Shown here in pieces: positions 31,058 to 45,171 of a stretch of DNA of 64,000 bases (the first letter of the stretch is position 1; every line of letters starts with the position of its first letter). Source of the DNA: Eledone cirrhosa (taxonomy: Eukaryota); contig OZ024745.1 in assembly GCA_964016885.1 (NCBI GenBank), positions 107,260,001 through 107,324,000 of the forward strand, written 5' to 3'. Made by a program: the position numbers and the translations under genes. The notes beneath the pieces are model-generated. The model was not told the DNA's origin, ran no database searches, and saw nothing but the letters and a program-made list of their open reading frames with translations.

Positions 31058-31135
<78 letters not shown>

Positions 31136-31165
31136 AGATCAAAAGATGGTTAAATGAGTTCCATG

Positions 31166-31236
31166 TATTTTATTATGCGCATTTCAAAAACAAATATCAT
31201 CATGCAATAACATTTCTGTTTTCATCAGATAAAATA
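31166..31236 (-). ncRNA. Type-I hammerhead ribozyme (inverted copy)
   Basis: Reverse complement of 31358-31428 with one substitution in stem II. Confidence 0.75.
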
Positions 31237-31357
31237 GGAAGACATGATATGAAGGTTAAAAACACTTGTGGATAGTGCAGTTTTAAATCAACATATCATA
31301 TGTTGATTTAAAACTGCACTATCCACAAGTGTTTTTAACCTTCATATCATGTCCTCC

Positions 31358-31428
31358 TATTTTATCTGATGAAAACACAAATGTTATTGCATGATGATAT
31401 TTGTTTTTGAAATGCGCATAATAAAATA
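31358..31428 (+). ncRNA. Type-I hammerhead ribozyme, canonical core
   Basis: tattttat CTGATGA aaacacaaatgttatt-gcat-gatgatatttgttttt GAAA tgcgca TA ataaaata. Stem I is 8 bp, stem II is long, stem III is palindromic (ATGCGCAT). Confidence 0.8.
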
Positions 31429-31554
31429 CATGGAACTCATTTAACCATCTTTTGATCTTATATATTATGTATACTCCAGTCCCACAAACTGTAGAGTGCT
31501 TCTTATCCGATATCTGCATTGCTTTATTGTACTACAATAAAACTCACCTCCTAC

Positions 31555-31619
<65 letters not shown>

Positions 31620-32321
31620 TATACATATACATACATATGCGTGTGTGCGCGTGTGTGTGTTCCTTCGTATGTATATATGGATGTCTGTGTGTTTATGTCA
31701 GTGTGTGTGTATATTGGCGCCTACGTAGAAATACGTGGTATTTTGACTGGCTCTCGCGGTAGATAAGCAAGTCTCAGTGCAGGTAATTTAGTGCTCCGTG
31801 CATTTTACTGAAGTGCAGTTTATTAATACGCACGTACACACATTCACATGCGCAAATGCACACGCGCACAGAACAAAGATATATACATTCAAATACACAC
31901 ATATTTATGACGCTTGCATATAAACGAATAAAGTAGGCGTGTGTGCGTCTGTAAAGATACTTGTAAAGAAATATATCTGTACACACACACACAGTATATA
32001 TTTGGGTGTATTTGCTTGAGTATAAGCGAAGTGTCCAGATCATTAACCTTCCCTACATATGTAAATCTCAAAATCTCTTGACAATAGTTTGGCAATAGCA
32101 AGAACTGCTGATATGTCATAAATATATAGTCAGCTGTGTAAATATGCATTTAGTCAGACTCAGGCAGTTTCTTGATCTACAAGTCTTTCTCTTCCCCTCA
32201 ATCTTCCTCTAAATCCCCAGCTCTATATTTCCCACTTCTCCCTTTTAATCACCGCCTCTTTATCACTCTTCCTTTATCTCCATATTTTTCTAGATATCTC
32301 TGTTTATATTATTCTCTCCCC

Positions 32322-32371
<50 letters not shown>

Positions 32372-33010
32372 CTCTCTGTCCCCCTCTCTGTCGATCGTAC
32401 TCTCTCCCTTTTCTGTACAATCACATCCTTCACTCCCATACACATACATAAACAGGATAGACATATGCATACTTACACTCCATCGAAAACTAAACAAATT
32501 CAAATATAAACACACATATATATATATATATTAAAACTTTTAACGTACACATACGTATAAGCTCAATTGTCCAAACTGAGTACATGAATATTCATACACA
32601 AGCAAGCACTAATGTCACTCTCTCATACTTTCCCTCTCTCTTTCCCCTCTATGTATACATGTCAGAGACTCTGTGTATGTATGCACGTTCATAAAAAAGA
32701 GAGAGAAAAAATACTAAGTATGCATGTTTGTAGGAAAATGTATATATAGATATTGATATATGACACATACTTTTCGTATTATATATGGAAGGATCTCAGT
32801 AAATGGAATAGCAAATATGTGAAGATGAAGACGAGCAAAATACAAAACTATGAAATTAGAGGTACACAGATATCGAAATATTTAGTGCATATATCAAGTG
32901 CATCGATTATATGGATGGATACAAAATATATAATCTTTTGAGATGTTGGACCATAACGCACCGTTCGGATCTAGCTGTCGAAACGGCCGGAGCTCAGCCG
33001 TCGGTGTCCT

Positions 33011-33069
<59 letters not shown>

Positions 33070-33261
33070 TATATATATTTATTAAAATAAAAGACAGATT
33101 AAAGTTTAAGCAAAGAATCGGTGCTTTCACCCTTAACGGGATCTTCTGAATATATATATATATATATATATATAATAAAAAATTGAACAGGGACAGAACA
33201 GAGAGGCAGTACGACAAATGTTTATTAGCTTCACGCTCAGGAGAGTGGGGGGTAGGTGGAG

Positions 33262-33296
33262 GACGACGTTTCGGGCATAAGCCCTTCTTCGGGTAA
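33262..33296 (-). ncRNA. Degenerate minimal hammerhead (PLE-type)
   Basis: Minus: ac CCGAAGA a gggc-ttat-gccc GAAA cg TC gt; U4C change, stem I only 2 bp. Confidence 0.45.
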
Positions 33297-33696
33297 GAGT
33301 TCAAAAGGTGTGTAGGGGAGTGGTGGAGAGACATATAGCGAAAGGAAACGGTGCGAATGAAAAATTAACAAATAAAGACAAAATTATAATAAATAATAAA
33401 TAAAAATAAAGCATGATCAAAATACAAGGAATGAGAACATTTAAAAATAAAGGCATGATCAAAATAAACTGAAATTAAAAGGGGGGTAAACAGGTGGTGG
33501 AAGGGTGTGGGGTGAGTAGAGGTGGGGGCGGGTGGAGTGGGGAGAGGGAGACGGGGTGTCCGAGCGGGGAGGGCTGAAGGTGGTGTGTGTGGTTAGGTGT
33601 GTGTGTGTGTGTGTGTATGTGAAAGTGAGGGTTGGGGGAAGAACGGGGTTGCATGTTCAGGAAGGTGTGTGTGGGGGGTGTTTTTGTGTGTCGGAA

Positions 33697-34240
<544 letters not shown>

Positions 34241-34246
<6 letters not shown>

Positions 34247-34528
34247 CAGAGAATGTCTGTCTGTCTGACTCCCTAAAACTCGGGAACCACCCAACAGATT
34301 GTTTTCAAACTTTACACATGTAATACTTACGGGCTTGAAATTTCAAATTTTCAATGCCCTAGGGACCGCATTAGGCGATTTAGCGATCTCTCTATAATTC
34401 TTAGTTTCTTTATAGATAGATACATAGGTACGACATCGCGCCCTTATAATATATGTCTGTATGTCTGGCTGTCTGCATTACGACATTATGACGCTATCTG
34501 TGTGTGTTTGTGTATATATGTATATATA

Positions 34529-34594
<66 letters not shown>

Positions 34595-34708
34595 TGTAAC
34601 GTTTTTCAAAATAATTACTTCTGCGTTCACAGATTGATTTTTTTACTTTCAGAAGATCCCGTTAAGGGTGAAAGCAGCGATTCTTTGCTTAAACTTTAAT
34701 CTGTTATT

Positions 34709-34782
<74 letters not shown>

Positions 34783-34926
34783 TATTTCGTGTACAGATAT
34801 TTTTGCATACACAATAACAAAATATAAAAAAAGTATTTATTTCTGGAGGCTCGATAACGATAAATATATATCAAATATATAAGAACCCTAGAGCAAATCC
34901 CGAGCAACGCCGGGCCATTCTGCCAG
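34241..34926 (+). mobile_element. Non-autonomous Helitron-like element containing PLE pLTR fragments
   Basis: 5' tgtctgtctgtct..caaactttacacatgtaatactta; 3' hairpin cccgagcaacgccggg then ccattctgCCAG. Confidence 0.6.
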
Positions 34927-34928
34927 TA

Positions 34929-35397
34929 TATATCTAAAACAGAATATGTCTGTCTGTCTCTCTAAAAATCGAGAATCAACCAACCAATTTTTTTTCAAAC
35001 TTTACACATGTAATACTTATGGTCGTGTGACTGTTTTGAGCAAAAAATATTTCAAATCTTCCATGCCCTAGGGACCGCATTAAGCGCCGGTTAGCGATCT
35101 CTCACTTTCTTAGTCTGTCTTTTTAGATAGATACATAACTATAACGTCGCGCCGTTATAATATCTGTCTGTCTGTATGCCTGCATTATGAAAACATAAAA
35201 CGCAGAAGTAAATATTTCGAAAAACGTTGCAACTGAAGGAAAACAGGAAGACGATACTTTGGTTCGTGAAGATTTACCCTGGCAATGGACGGAAAAAAGC
35301 GAAGATATTACGTCAGCAATGAGAACAATATTTGCACTAGCGTTCTTATATATTTTATATATATTTATCCTTATCGAGCCCTCTTTGGTTCGACTAA

Positions 35398-35466
<69 letters not shown>

Positions 35467-36490
35467 TGAAGGACTATATATATATATATATATATATATG
35501 AAGGACTAATTTTATTCATATGTAACCCATTTGCAACCACGCAGCGCACCATTTTTCTCATATTTATATTTTTTCCTCAGCTGCGATTGTCTGTTTCTTT
35601 CTTACTCTCTCTCCTCTTTTTACCCGTCTGCCAGTCACAATCTCTCTGCTGGTCTCTTCCTCAAAACTTCCACTCACTCACTCTCTACCTCTCCCCTCTC
35701 TCATTTCCTCCCGTTTGACCTACCTGAAATCCTTTTCTCGCTCACATCTCACCCATGTTGGATGGTCTGTATCTCTCGCCCATGAATTCACCAAGCTTAA
35801 GCTTACAGATTCCATGTGCTTGTCTCTTCTTATCTTTCCGTTGCCATACCATCGTTGTTTGTTTATATGTCTCGTTCGTTTCACCCTATTTTACTTGTCC
35901 CAATAACTTTATTTGTTATTGCTCGCGCCAACTAGAGGTATATGATTTTTAAAGCGATGAAATACCAATGAAAGTTGGAAGATCACTGATGAAGGACCAA
36001 TTTTATTCATATGTAACCCATGTGCAACCACGCAGCGCTCCATTTTTATCATATTTATATATATATACTATATATATACATATATACACACACAGATAGC
36101 GAAGTCAATGTTTTCATAATGTCGTAATGCAGATAGATACATAGCTATAACGTCGCGCCCTGGTTAAGACGGCATTCAAGGCTTAGCAATTACATAGTCA
36201 ACGGTTCGGAAATCACATGCATCACTGACGGGTTTACTCTACCAGTTAGTCTTAATGTACTTCGTTCTGCTTTTAGCTCATGCCTCGAAGGAAGAGATAC
36301 TCCGTTGGCCGAAATACTGCGAAAGCGGCAAGAAAAATAACAAGGCAGGCAAACGAATCGTCAGTGGAATCTGCTATTCGACGGTCGCAGGGCTGAGGTA
36401 TTCCATACTTCTCTGTACTGTTTCAGAAAGGAGGGATAAACATGCCAATCTATGTGTAGAATCCCGAGCAACGCCGGGCCATTCTGCTAG
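34929..36490 (+). mobile_element. Second Helitron-like copy in tandem, with nested insertions
   Basis: Same 5' block as 34241; ends cccgagcaacgccgggccattctgCTAG at 36490. Confidence 0.6.
35498..36060 (+). mobile_element. ~490-bp unit with terminal direct repeat (pLTR-like), in (TA)n
   Basis: atgaaggac..catatgtaacccat..gcaaccacgcagcgc at 35498 and ~35989; homologous to 37921-38551 in opposite orientation. Confidence 0.6.
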
Positions 36491-36589
36491 TATATATATA
36501 AGCATGTACACAGTAAAAAAAGTTACATAAGTGGAACAAAGGTGTATTTGACCCAATTTTCAATTTATTAGGCCACCTCCCTCATAACC

Positions 36590-36760
36590 ACCATCGGCAC
36601 AGAGTTGGCTACCGACCTATGTGAGCTTCATGAGATGGAATGGCACTTCCAGCGCGTGTCACTCACCATCGCCTTCTCTATTCTGTCCACGACCTTCTCT
36701 GTTCTGTCCACCTGGGCCGCGGAGCGGCCAGTGTGTGGGCCCTCAATTACTCATAATATT
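36590..36760 (-). pseudogene. Possible mariner-type transposase fragment
   Basis: Minus frame THTGRSAAQVDRTEKVVDRIEKAMVSDTR resembles the GRP..T.E.V..V...D.R linker. Confidence 0.3.
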
Positions 36761-37344
36761 GAGAGATTTGGAAAGTGGGAGAGACGAAGGTAATGACGGA
36801 GGAAGTTTGGTTCCTTTGTGTCCGGACTTGTTATATATGTGTATATGTTTCACAGACTCACACCCACACTGGGTCAATATTCAACAATAACCTTAACCCT
36901 AACACTGAAAAGGCAGCAAATTGTCAGTCGGTAGAAAGTCTTATTGAATACCTTTAGCAATTGACTGTAATTATATCTGCGTCTATCTTACAATTTCTAT
37001 TAACTTAATAGCAGCTCGGCTCTACGAATGTAGGATGCTTTACATACAATGTTGTTTATATTTCAAGAGTTGTACGAATTAGCATTCCAATGCCTACGGG
37101 GACTATTACCTGAAGTCGTTTACCAGGCAGTATCAGAAGTATACAAAGTTCGATACATCGTAGCAGCCACTAAATATTTTCGTCATATAGAGACTGTCAC
37201 TCACGCATAGGTCTGTTTAGCCAGAGGGGAAGCAACTCCAACCGAGCAGACAAACAAATGGGATATCACGCATGGTCATCCCTAACCGAAGGAGGCCTTA
37301 TATATATATATATATATATATATACCTACATATTTCATATATAG

Positions 37345-37877
37345 ATATACTTATTTCACACAGAAGAGTCGACAGGATTACAGTCTGGCGATGATGGAAG
37401 CCATACGTCGGGTGACCAGTAGTATGGCACGTTGGCGAAAAGCTAAGCCTACCTGTTTCTGGCCATATTGGTGAGGGTGGAGTCATGTTGAAATACGTAA
37501 GGACTCCTATTAGGGGTTTGACGTGCTCGTCCATGAGCCATACGTAGCCGTTGGTACCAGAGCATTTCTTATGTATCTTGTCCTGAAATTGTCCCTGTTG
37601 TCTGAGGCCCCATATGCATTATAAGGTCGTGACCATATGTTTAGGGTATTTAAACTATTCAATGATTTCCTTCGTTTTGAGGCCGTTGCGAAGGCTCTCC
37701 ACGACAGCAGCTCGACGATCGAATTCTAAAGACCTGTCGATTGTTAAGCATCTCATGCGTCAAACGCCAGAAATCTATTGAAGGGTAGAACTTTCTGATG
37801 GCGCTCTCGAGCCCTCACTAAGCAGCAACGTCACGCTGTTGTTCTTACGTAAAAATTCCGGATTTATCTGCACCAGA

Positions 37878-37878
<1 letters not shown>
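37345..37878 (-). pseudogene. Tc1/mariner-superfamily transposase relic (maT-like)
   Basis: Minus frames: EFDRRAAVVESLRNGLKTKEII (HTH start) and YWSPDVWLPSSPDCNPVD (SPDxNPxD motif). Confidence 0.7.
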
Positions 37879-37920
<42 letters not shown>

Positions 37921-38551
37921 AAACATGAGAAGAAAGAAGAATACTGCGTGGTTGCAAATGGGTTACATATGATAAAAATAGTCCTTCATCAGTGATTTGC
38001 CAACCATCATTGATATTTCAACGCATTATAAATCAGATACCTCAGGTTGGTGCGAGCAATAACTGAAAAAAGTTATTGGGACAAGTAAATCGCGTAAAGC
38101 GAGAGGGACAGGTAAACAACAAGAAGGATGAAAGCAACGCAAAGATGGGAATAAACAAGCAACATGGTTATCCGGTCAGCATAGGCTGGGTAGATTTCGT
38201 GAGCGATCAAGATACAGACCGTCCGACGTGAGTGAGATGTGAGCAGGAAGAGAACCCACTACTAGCCAAACGGGAGGAAGTGAGAAGGGGGAAAACAGAG
38301 AGTGAGTGAGTGAAAGTGCGAGGAAGAGGTCAGTCGAGAGAAAGTGTAACTGACAGAGGGAGCGAAAGAAGTTGAGAGCAACAGAGAGAACGGGGAAGCA
38401 GTAAGAGAGAAACAGACAAACGCAGCCGAGGTAAATATATATAAAAAACATGAGAAGAAAGAAGAATACTGCGTGGTTGCACATGGGTTACATATGATAA
38501 AAATAGTCCTTCGTCAGTGATTTGCCAACCATCATTGATATTTCATCGCAC
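37921..38551 (-). mobile_element. ~527-bp unit with ~105-bp terminal direct repeats (same family as 35498-36060)
   Basis: aaacatgagaagaaagaagaatactgcgtggttgc...tgatatttca is repeated at 37921 and ~38446. Confidence 0.65.
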
Positions 38552-38569
38552 ATATATATATATATATAT

Positions 38570-38872
38570 ATTAAAATAACAGATTAAAGTTTAAGCAAAG
38601 AATCGCTGCTTTAACCCTTAACGGGATCTTCTGAAACTTAAAAAATCAATCTGTGATCGCAGAAGTAAATATTTCGTAAAACTTTGCAACGGAAGGAAAA
38701 CAGGAAGACGATACATTGGTTAGCGAAGACGTTCCCTGGCAAAAACCGGAAAAAAGCGGAGATAATACGTCGTTATTTGGAGCGGTGAGAACAATTACAC
38801 GCAAAGAAAAAGTACTCTATTTAGGAAACGGAATGATTCTCGGATTCGGAGTTAAGAATAATGTAAATAAAT
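38570..38872 (-). mobile_element. Solo PLE pseudo-LTR fragment
   Basis: Reverse complement of the pLTR at 4300-4638; other fragments at 33078-33150, 34599-34710 and 35198-35398. Confidence 0.85.
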
Positions 38873-38878
38873 TATTAT

Positions 38879-38951
<73 letters not shown>

Positions 38952-39486
38952 TATACACACATACATAGCTCACTCTTTTTCCTCGAAGGTGTAAAACTAA
39001 TATTATAAAACTTCATGTTATTGCATCCTTTTGCATGTTTGTTCGTTTTTTTGTGTTTCCTTGATTTATATATATAATTTTAGCACACTTATATATCATA
39101 ATATACTACCAACATGAGATCTAATTATACGCATGTCAACATCAGAATACTACTGAGAGTGAATGGTTATATATATATACCCATCAAATACATGTTTTTC
39201 TGGGTGATTGACGGATACACATACCTTCTGATGTGGCCTCAACATGGTCCATAATTCGTTTGAATTTGTTTTTCAATCTACAGAGATATTCGTATTCTCT
39301 GGCTTGTCTGCATGTCTACATATTAAAAATGTGTATATTTGTAGACGCATTGCCACTATCTTAATTACGTACTCTGCATGTATTAAAATATAACTTTATC
39401 CTAAAAGTTCGTGTGCTTAGCGCACTTCATATATATCTTTACTACCAACCCCAGTTAATTATACGCAAATTAGTGCGTTCATTATA

Positions 39487-39560
<74 letters not shown>

Positions 39561-39615
39561 TTTCTGAGTTTGTTTAGCAAGATTCTTATTGGCAACACGA
39601 CCCTCCCAAAGTATA

Positions 39616-39717
<102 letters not shown>

Positions 39718-39781
39718 TTACACATACATGCATACACATATTCATAGTTATAAATGTGTATGCATATATATACATACATTC

Positions 39782-39812
<31 letters not shown>

Positions 39813-39972
39813 TATATGCGAATAAATATATATATATATATATATATATTTGTGTGTATGTATATATGTATGTATGTACGTTCATACATAAACATACATA
39901 CAGAGAGAAAGAGAGAGAAAGAGGTACATACATCTATGCACACACACACACACACACACACATACACATACA

Positions 39973-40006
<34 letters not shown>

Positions 40007-40068
40007 CACATGCATACATATGTGTAAAAAAAAAGAAAAAGAAAATTACATACACACACATATGTATG

Positions 40069-40112
<44 letters not shown>

Positions 40113-40403
40113 CACATGCATACATATGTGTGTGTATGTAATTTTCTTTTTCTTTTTTTTTCAATATTTACATTTCTTCTATACAGTCAATGTTTTTCAT
40201 CTGTATCCCAAGTGTAGCTTGGGTTGTTTGCACACCTGCAATTCAGCTCTTAACACTACCAAAATGTGAACCGTCTCTTCATTAACCGAATACCAGACTG
40301 GCGAAGAATTCTACCTCTTCTACCCTTTCCGTCTAGTACCCCCCTCCTTCGCAACATTCTCTCATATCCCCACCTCTCTTTCTTACTGTGTCTATCTCAT
40401 GCT

Positions 40404-40474
<71 letters not shown>

Positions 40475-40520
40475 CACAATTATACATATATATATATATA
40501 TATAAATACATATGTATAAT

Positions 40521-40563
<43 letters not shown>

Positions 40564-41078
40564 GTATATTTCTCATAACCTGCCTTATCCTTTGCCCTAC
40601 ACACATAACTCCCTTTAAGCCATTATTTACAAGTTCCCTTTCTCCGTCTCTTCTTGTCGTCTTTTTCTTCTTCCTCCCAACCCATCCCTTCAAGTACCAA
40701 ACACAGCTGTGGTTGTTATTGGAGCGGGTCCTTCAGAGAGACAAGTAGCTGCGAAATTACAAGCTAATTTTTCCCACCACACCAAGCCGTCACCGGCAAA
40801 AAACTTGTTCTCGTCTAACACGAACCGACTCTGGGAGAGGCTGTACCAAGCAGAGACTTATATCTAGTTTATGTCTTAAAAGGTCTTAGATATCATGGCC
40901 TTATGGTGTTGAGGTTGGTAGCGGTTAGCAGTAACTCTATAAAACCAACACACTAAAGTCACACGTTAGAAGAATACCCAAGTCCAAATAAACTAATATT
41001 TTCAGGTCAGTTTTGTAAATTTATAGGTTACGTCTAGAGCACGAAGTCACACAGACACACACACAAACACACAAACAC

Positions 41079-41113
<35 letters not shown>

Positions 41114-41182
41114 CACACACACACAGATACACACACAGATACACACACATAGACACACACACATACACAGACACACAGGCAC

Positions 41183-41229
<47 letters not shown>

Positions 41230-41272
41230 AAGAAAGAAAGAGAGAAACAGAGAGAGAAAGAGAGAGAAAAAG

Positions 41273-41337
<65 letters not shown>

Positions 41338-41483
41338 TAGATATACAGCTAGATAGATAAATAGAAAGATATACATATACATTTCCCATATAACCAGCTG
41401 ACCTGATTTATATCCTTTATATTTTATACCTCTTGCCTCAAAAATATCTGAGTACGGTTTACACATTCATGTATAATGTATGA

Positions 41484-41576
<93 letters not shown>

Positions 41577-41680
41577 TGTGTGCATCTCGGGTTCAATCGG
41601 GGCTAACCTGAGTAAGTAAGGTACTTTTCTGATGACTTCCTTCGAATGAAACAGTTCTAGTTCTGTAGATGCCTTTTCTA

Positions 41681-41725
<45 letters not shown>

Positions 41726-41809
41726 GTAATTCCGTCGAAAAAGTCCAGGAAAAAAGAGTGCTCTATGTAGGTAATGAAAAATAACCGAGGTGTCCTACAC
41801 GAGTGAAAG

Positions 41810-42032
41810 TATAAGGAAAAAAGATGAAATCGAAGATGCAACTGGAGTCTTTTTTTTTTTAAATATATATATTTATTTGCTTCCTTTACCGGTTTCGCAG
41901 TTCTTCTGCTTTTCAAAAGTAGAGTTGAGATGGAGGGTCTGTGATGAACTGCGAAACCGGTAAAGGAACCAAATAAATATATATATTTAAAAAAAAAAAG
42001 ACTCCAGTTGCATTTTCGATTTCATCTTTTTT

Positions 42033-42039
<7 letters not shown>
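41810..42039. repeat. Inverted repeat, 94-bp arms, 42-bp spacer
   Basis: 41810-41903 is the reverse complement of 41946-42039. Confidence 0.92.
41882..41921 (-). ncRNA. Putative minimal hammerhead, U3-A8 core variant
   Basis: Minus: tactt TTGAAAA gcag-aagaa-ctgc GAAA ccgg TA aagga; palindromic stem III (ACCGGT). Confidence 0.5.
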
Positions 42040-42080
<41 letters not shown>

Positions 42081-42302
42081 ATGTGTGTGTGTATGTGTTT
42101 GTGTGTGTATGTGTTTGCGTGTGTGTGTATGTGTTTATATACACATCCCCTCATATATGTATATAAGACTTAACATTGTGCGTTAGTCATTTGTTGCATT
42201 GCCTTATTATCACCAACAGAGCAACTAAGTTCATTTAATCTTTAATTTTACAATCTTGAACCATTTTAAAATCATCTACCCACTAACCACGACTAAGATG
42301 TC

Positions 42303-42641
42303 TGGTGGATTGGTAGTATAGGTAGAGAGTCAGACGCCATGCTTTCCAGCATAGTTACGACCCTTTACGATCTGAGTTCAAATCCCGCCGAGGTTGACTT
42401 TGCCTTTCATCCTTACGGGGTCGATAAAATAAAGTACCAGTAATACACTGGATATTTGCTGGCCTTGTGCCTAAAGTAGAAACAATTATTATGCTTTCTA
42501 GCATAGTTACGTCCCTTTACAGTCTGAGTTCAAATCCCGCCGAGGTTAACTTTGCCTTTCATCCATACGAGGTCGATAAAATAAAGTACCAGTAATGTAC
42601 TGGATAATTGCTGGCCTTGTGCCTAAAGTAGAAACAATTAT
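42303..42641 (+). mobile_element. Tandem pair of SINE family A (second copy 5'-truncated)
   Basis: Full copy 42303-42490 is immediately followed by a copy starting at atgctttc. Confidence 0.9.
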
Positions 42642-43024
42642 TAACTATATAAATGTTCTGCTACCATGATAATTGGTTATGTTCTGACGTATCATATCTA
42701 GAAGTGAATGAGCTAAGACGGGGGTGTTCTTACATGGTTACTCGTTCTGTAACATCCAACGATGAAAACTCCCTCAAATCCCACGTACGATCTTAAAATA
42801 AAGTTTTACTTTATATCATGTATACCTAAAAATATTGTACTTGAAACGAAGATCTGACGGTCGAGATTAAAATAGAATGATCATAAGTCAGTTTGGTCAG
42901 AAAATTTTCGAAAATGTTGTTATAAGGATCACAAAGAATAAAAATAATACATTTTTACAGATATGACATGTGCTTATTACGCACAAAATACATTATTGAA
43001 GTAATATTATTGTAGTTAAATGAG

Positions 43025-43215
43025 TGCGGTGGATTGGCAGTATCGGTAGAGGGTCGGACGCCATGCTTTTTCAGCACAGTTACGTCCCTTTACGGACTGA
43101 GTTCAAATCCCGCCGAGGTTAACTTTGCCTTTCATCCTTACGGGGTCGATAAAATAAAGTGCCAGTAATACACTGGGTTAATTGCTGGTCTTGAGCAAAA
43201 AGTAGAAACAATTAT
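43025..43215 (+). mobile_element. SINE family A with TSD
   Basis: attattgtagttaaatga is duplicated on both sides. Confidence 0.9.
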
Positions 43216-43247
43216 TGTAGTTAAATGAAGGAGGGAGTCTAATAAAG

Positions 43248-43496
43248 TATAAAGTCTCTCTTGAGACAGAAGGCTCATTTGGCCGGTGGTTATCCCGGTT
43301 TTATGGCGTGAAGTGACTGAGAGTACAAGACTCCTCCCTGGACAGGACGCCAGTCCATCGCAGGGTTAAAACTCCAGCTACTGCTGATACTCATTTTCAG
43401 CTAAGTTTACTGGAGCAACGTGAAATGAAGTATTTTTCTCAAGAAAGCAACATGAACGTAAGTTCAGCACCCTTACCACTAGGCCACGTGCCTCCA
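43248..43496 (-). mobile_element. SINE with V-domain-like core
   Basis: Minus: ggaggcacgtggcctagtggtaagg head; aaccctgcgatggactggcgtcctgtccaggg core. Confidence 0.6.
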
Positions 43497-43899
43497 CTGA
43501 AGGAGAGAGAGAGAGAGAGAGAGAGAGCAAGCATATATTCAATTTGTGTAGTGGAATCTATTTAGTCATTCAATTCGAAACTGAGAATTCAATTAACTGC
43601 TAATCCGCGTTTCCCTCTGTAATTACGCATGGCAGGACGAATGTCCTACAAGATGTAGAAGAAAAAACAGTAGGAGTAGGCGGGGGATATTTCGTACATT
43701 GAAGGATCTGCACCTGTCTTTAAAAAAAAAGAACGAAAGGAAGAGGGTGAAGTTAAATATTAGATAAGTGTTGAAATAAACAATCGGATGACTCATGTTA
43801 TTCTTTTGGTAAACATTTAAAGCCAGTTTTAGTTATATGACAAACACATCTTGGTACTATTACTGTCAGCACATTTGATGTATGTATTTACATATATAG

Positions 43900-44045
43900 G
43901 CCGTGAATTGGCAGAGTCGTTAGAACGTCGGATAGAATGCTTTATGTTATTCGTTCTGGTTCTCTGCTCTCTGAGTTCACATCCCACCGAGGTCAACTTT
44001 GCTTTTCATTCTTTCGAGATCGATAAAAAAGTACCAGTCTAGTAC
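43900..44045 (+). mobile_element. Older diverged SINE related to family A
   Basis: gtgaattggcagagtcgttagaacgtcgg..gagttcacatcccaccgaggtcaactttgcttttcat..cgataaaaaagtaccag. Confidence 0.75.
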
Positions 44046-44958
44046 AGAGATCGATTCTGCCTTTCTCTGGAAGAAATCTGCTGTACTCAGGCTTGGAAAG
44101 GAGATAGCTTTAGCCAGGCTTATTATGCGCAAAAAACGCCGTATGTCAGTACGATGCCCTCCAGATATGGGACGATATATAGATATGGGCGCAGCAATGG
44201 CTTCGTGTTAAAGTAGTTTGCTTCGTAACAACTATATGGTAGCGCAGTTAGTTTCACTGCATCACGCATTAGGCATTAGTTTCAGTTAGACCTTTTAGTG
44301 AAATTTGGTAGATGGGAACTGTGCAGAAACTTGTCGTAAATGTCTATGAGTGCGAGTGTTTGTCTCATGGTACCTAGCTATTTGACAAAACGTGATTGAC
44401 AAAATAACTACCAGATTTGGTGTCGATATAATTGACATAATAAATCATCTCATATTTCTGCTATTTATCTCCCTTTGATTAAGCTACAACACACCATATT
44501 TCTAACCCTTCCCTTCTGTTGAAGCACATTGATTTGTAGCATTTTTTGTATTTTTTCCTATATATGTGTAAGTCACCGAAAGGCACAATTTCTATTGAGC
44601 CTCCCTGTTTTGTTGCGTCCCATATGTGCTGTAATAAGTTGTATCAAATGAATGAACGTGCCAAAATATTCGTGTGTATGTGGGTTTGTGTGTGTGTGTG
44701 TGTGTGCGCGTGCATGCGCACTTTTGATCGAGTGACAAAAAGAATTACAATCTCGAGTTCAGTTCCAATGTGATACACATTAGTTCCACTGTGATACACA
44801 CGGTGGAACAACGGTGGACCTTTGAATTACCAACACAATCTATTTTGTGGGCTTCACGCGAGTTCCCATCGAAGCGAAGATCAAGATATTTGTTTGAGGG
44901 ATGAAACTGTGCCATCGAACACACACACACACACACACACCCACACACCCACACACAC

Positions 44959-44990
<32 letters not shown>

Positions 44991-44995
<5 letters not shown>

Positions 44996-45171
44996 ATCAA
45001 AAGATGGTTAAAAGAGTTCCATGTATTTTATTATTGCATAATAAAATACATGGAACTCTTTTAACCATCTTTTGATCTTATATATTATTTATACTCCAGT
45101 CCTACAAACTGTAGAGTGCTACTTATCCGATATCTGCATTGCTTTATTGTACTACAATAAAACTCACCTCC

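Larger units (their letters stand above)
31131..31556. mobile_element. Fold-back element: 333-bp palindrome (31131-31463) plus tail, one hammerhead per arm
   Basis: Symmetric about C31297 and flanked by (TA)n on both sides; a shorter copy lies at 44991-45176. Confidence 0.85.

Noticed and set aside
41624-41665. CTGATGA cttc..gaat GAAA as a hammerhead
   Set aside because: Stem I absent.
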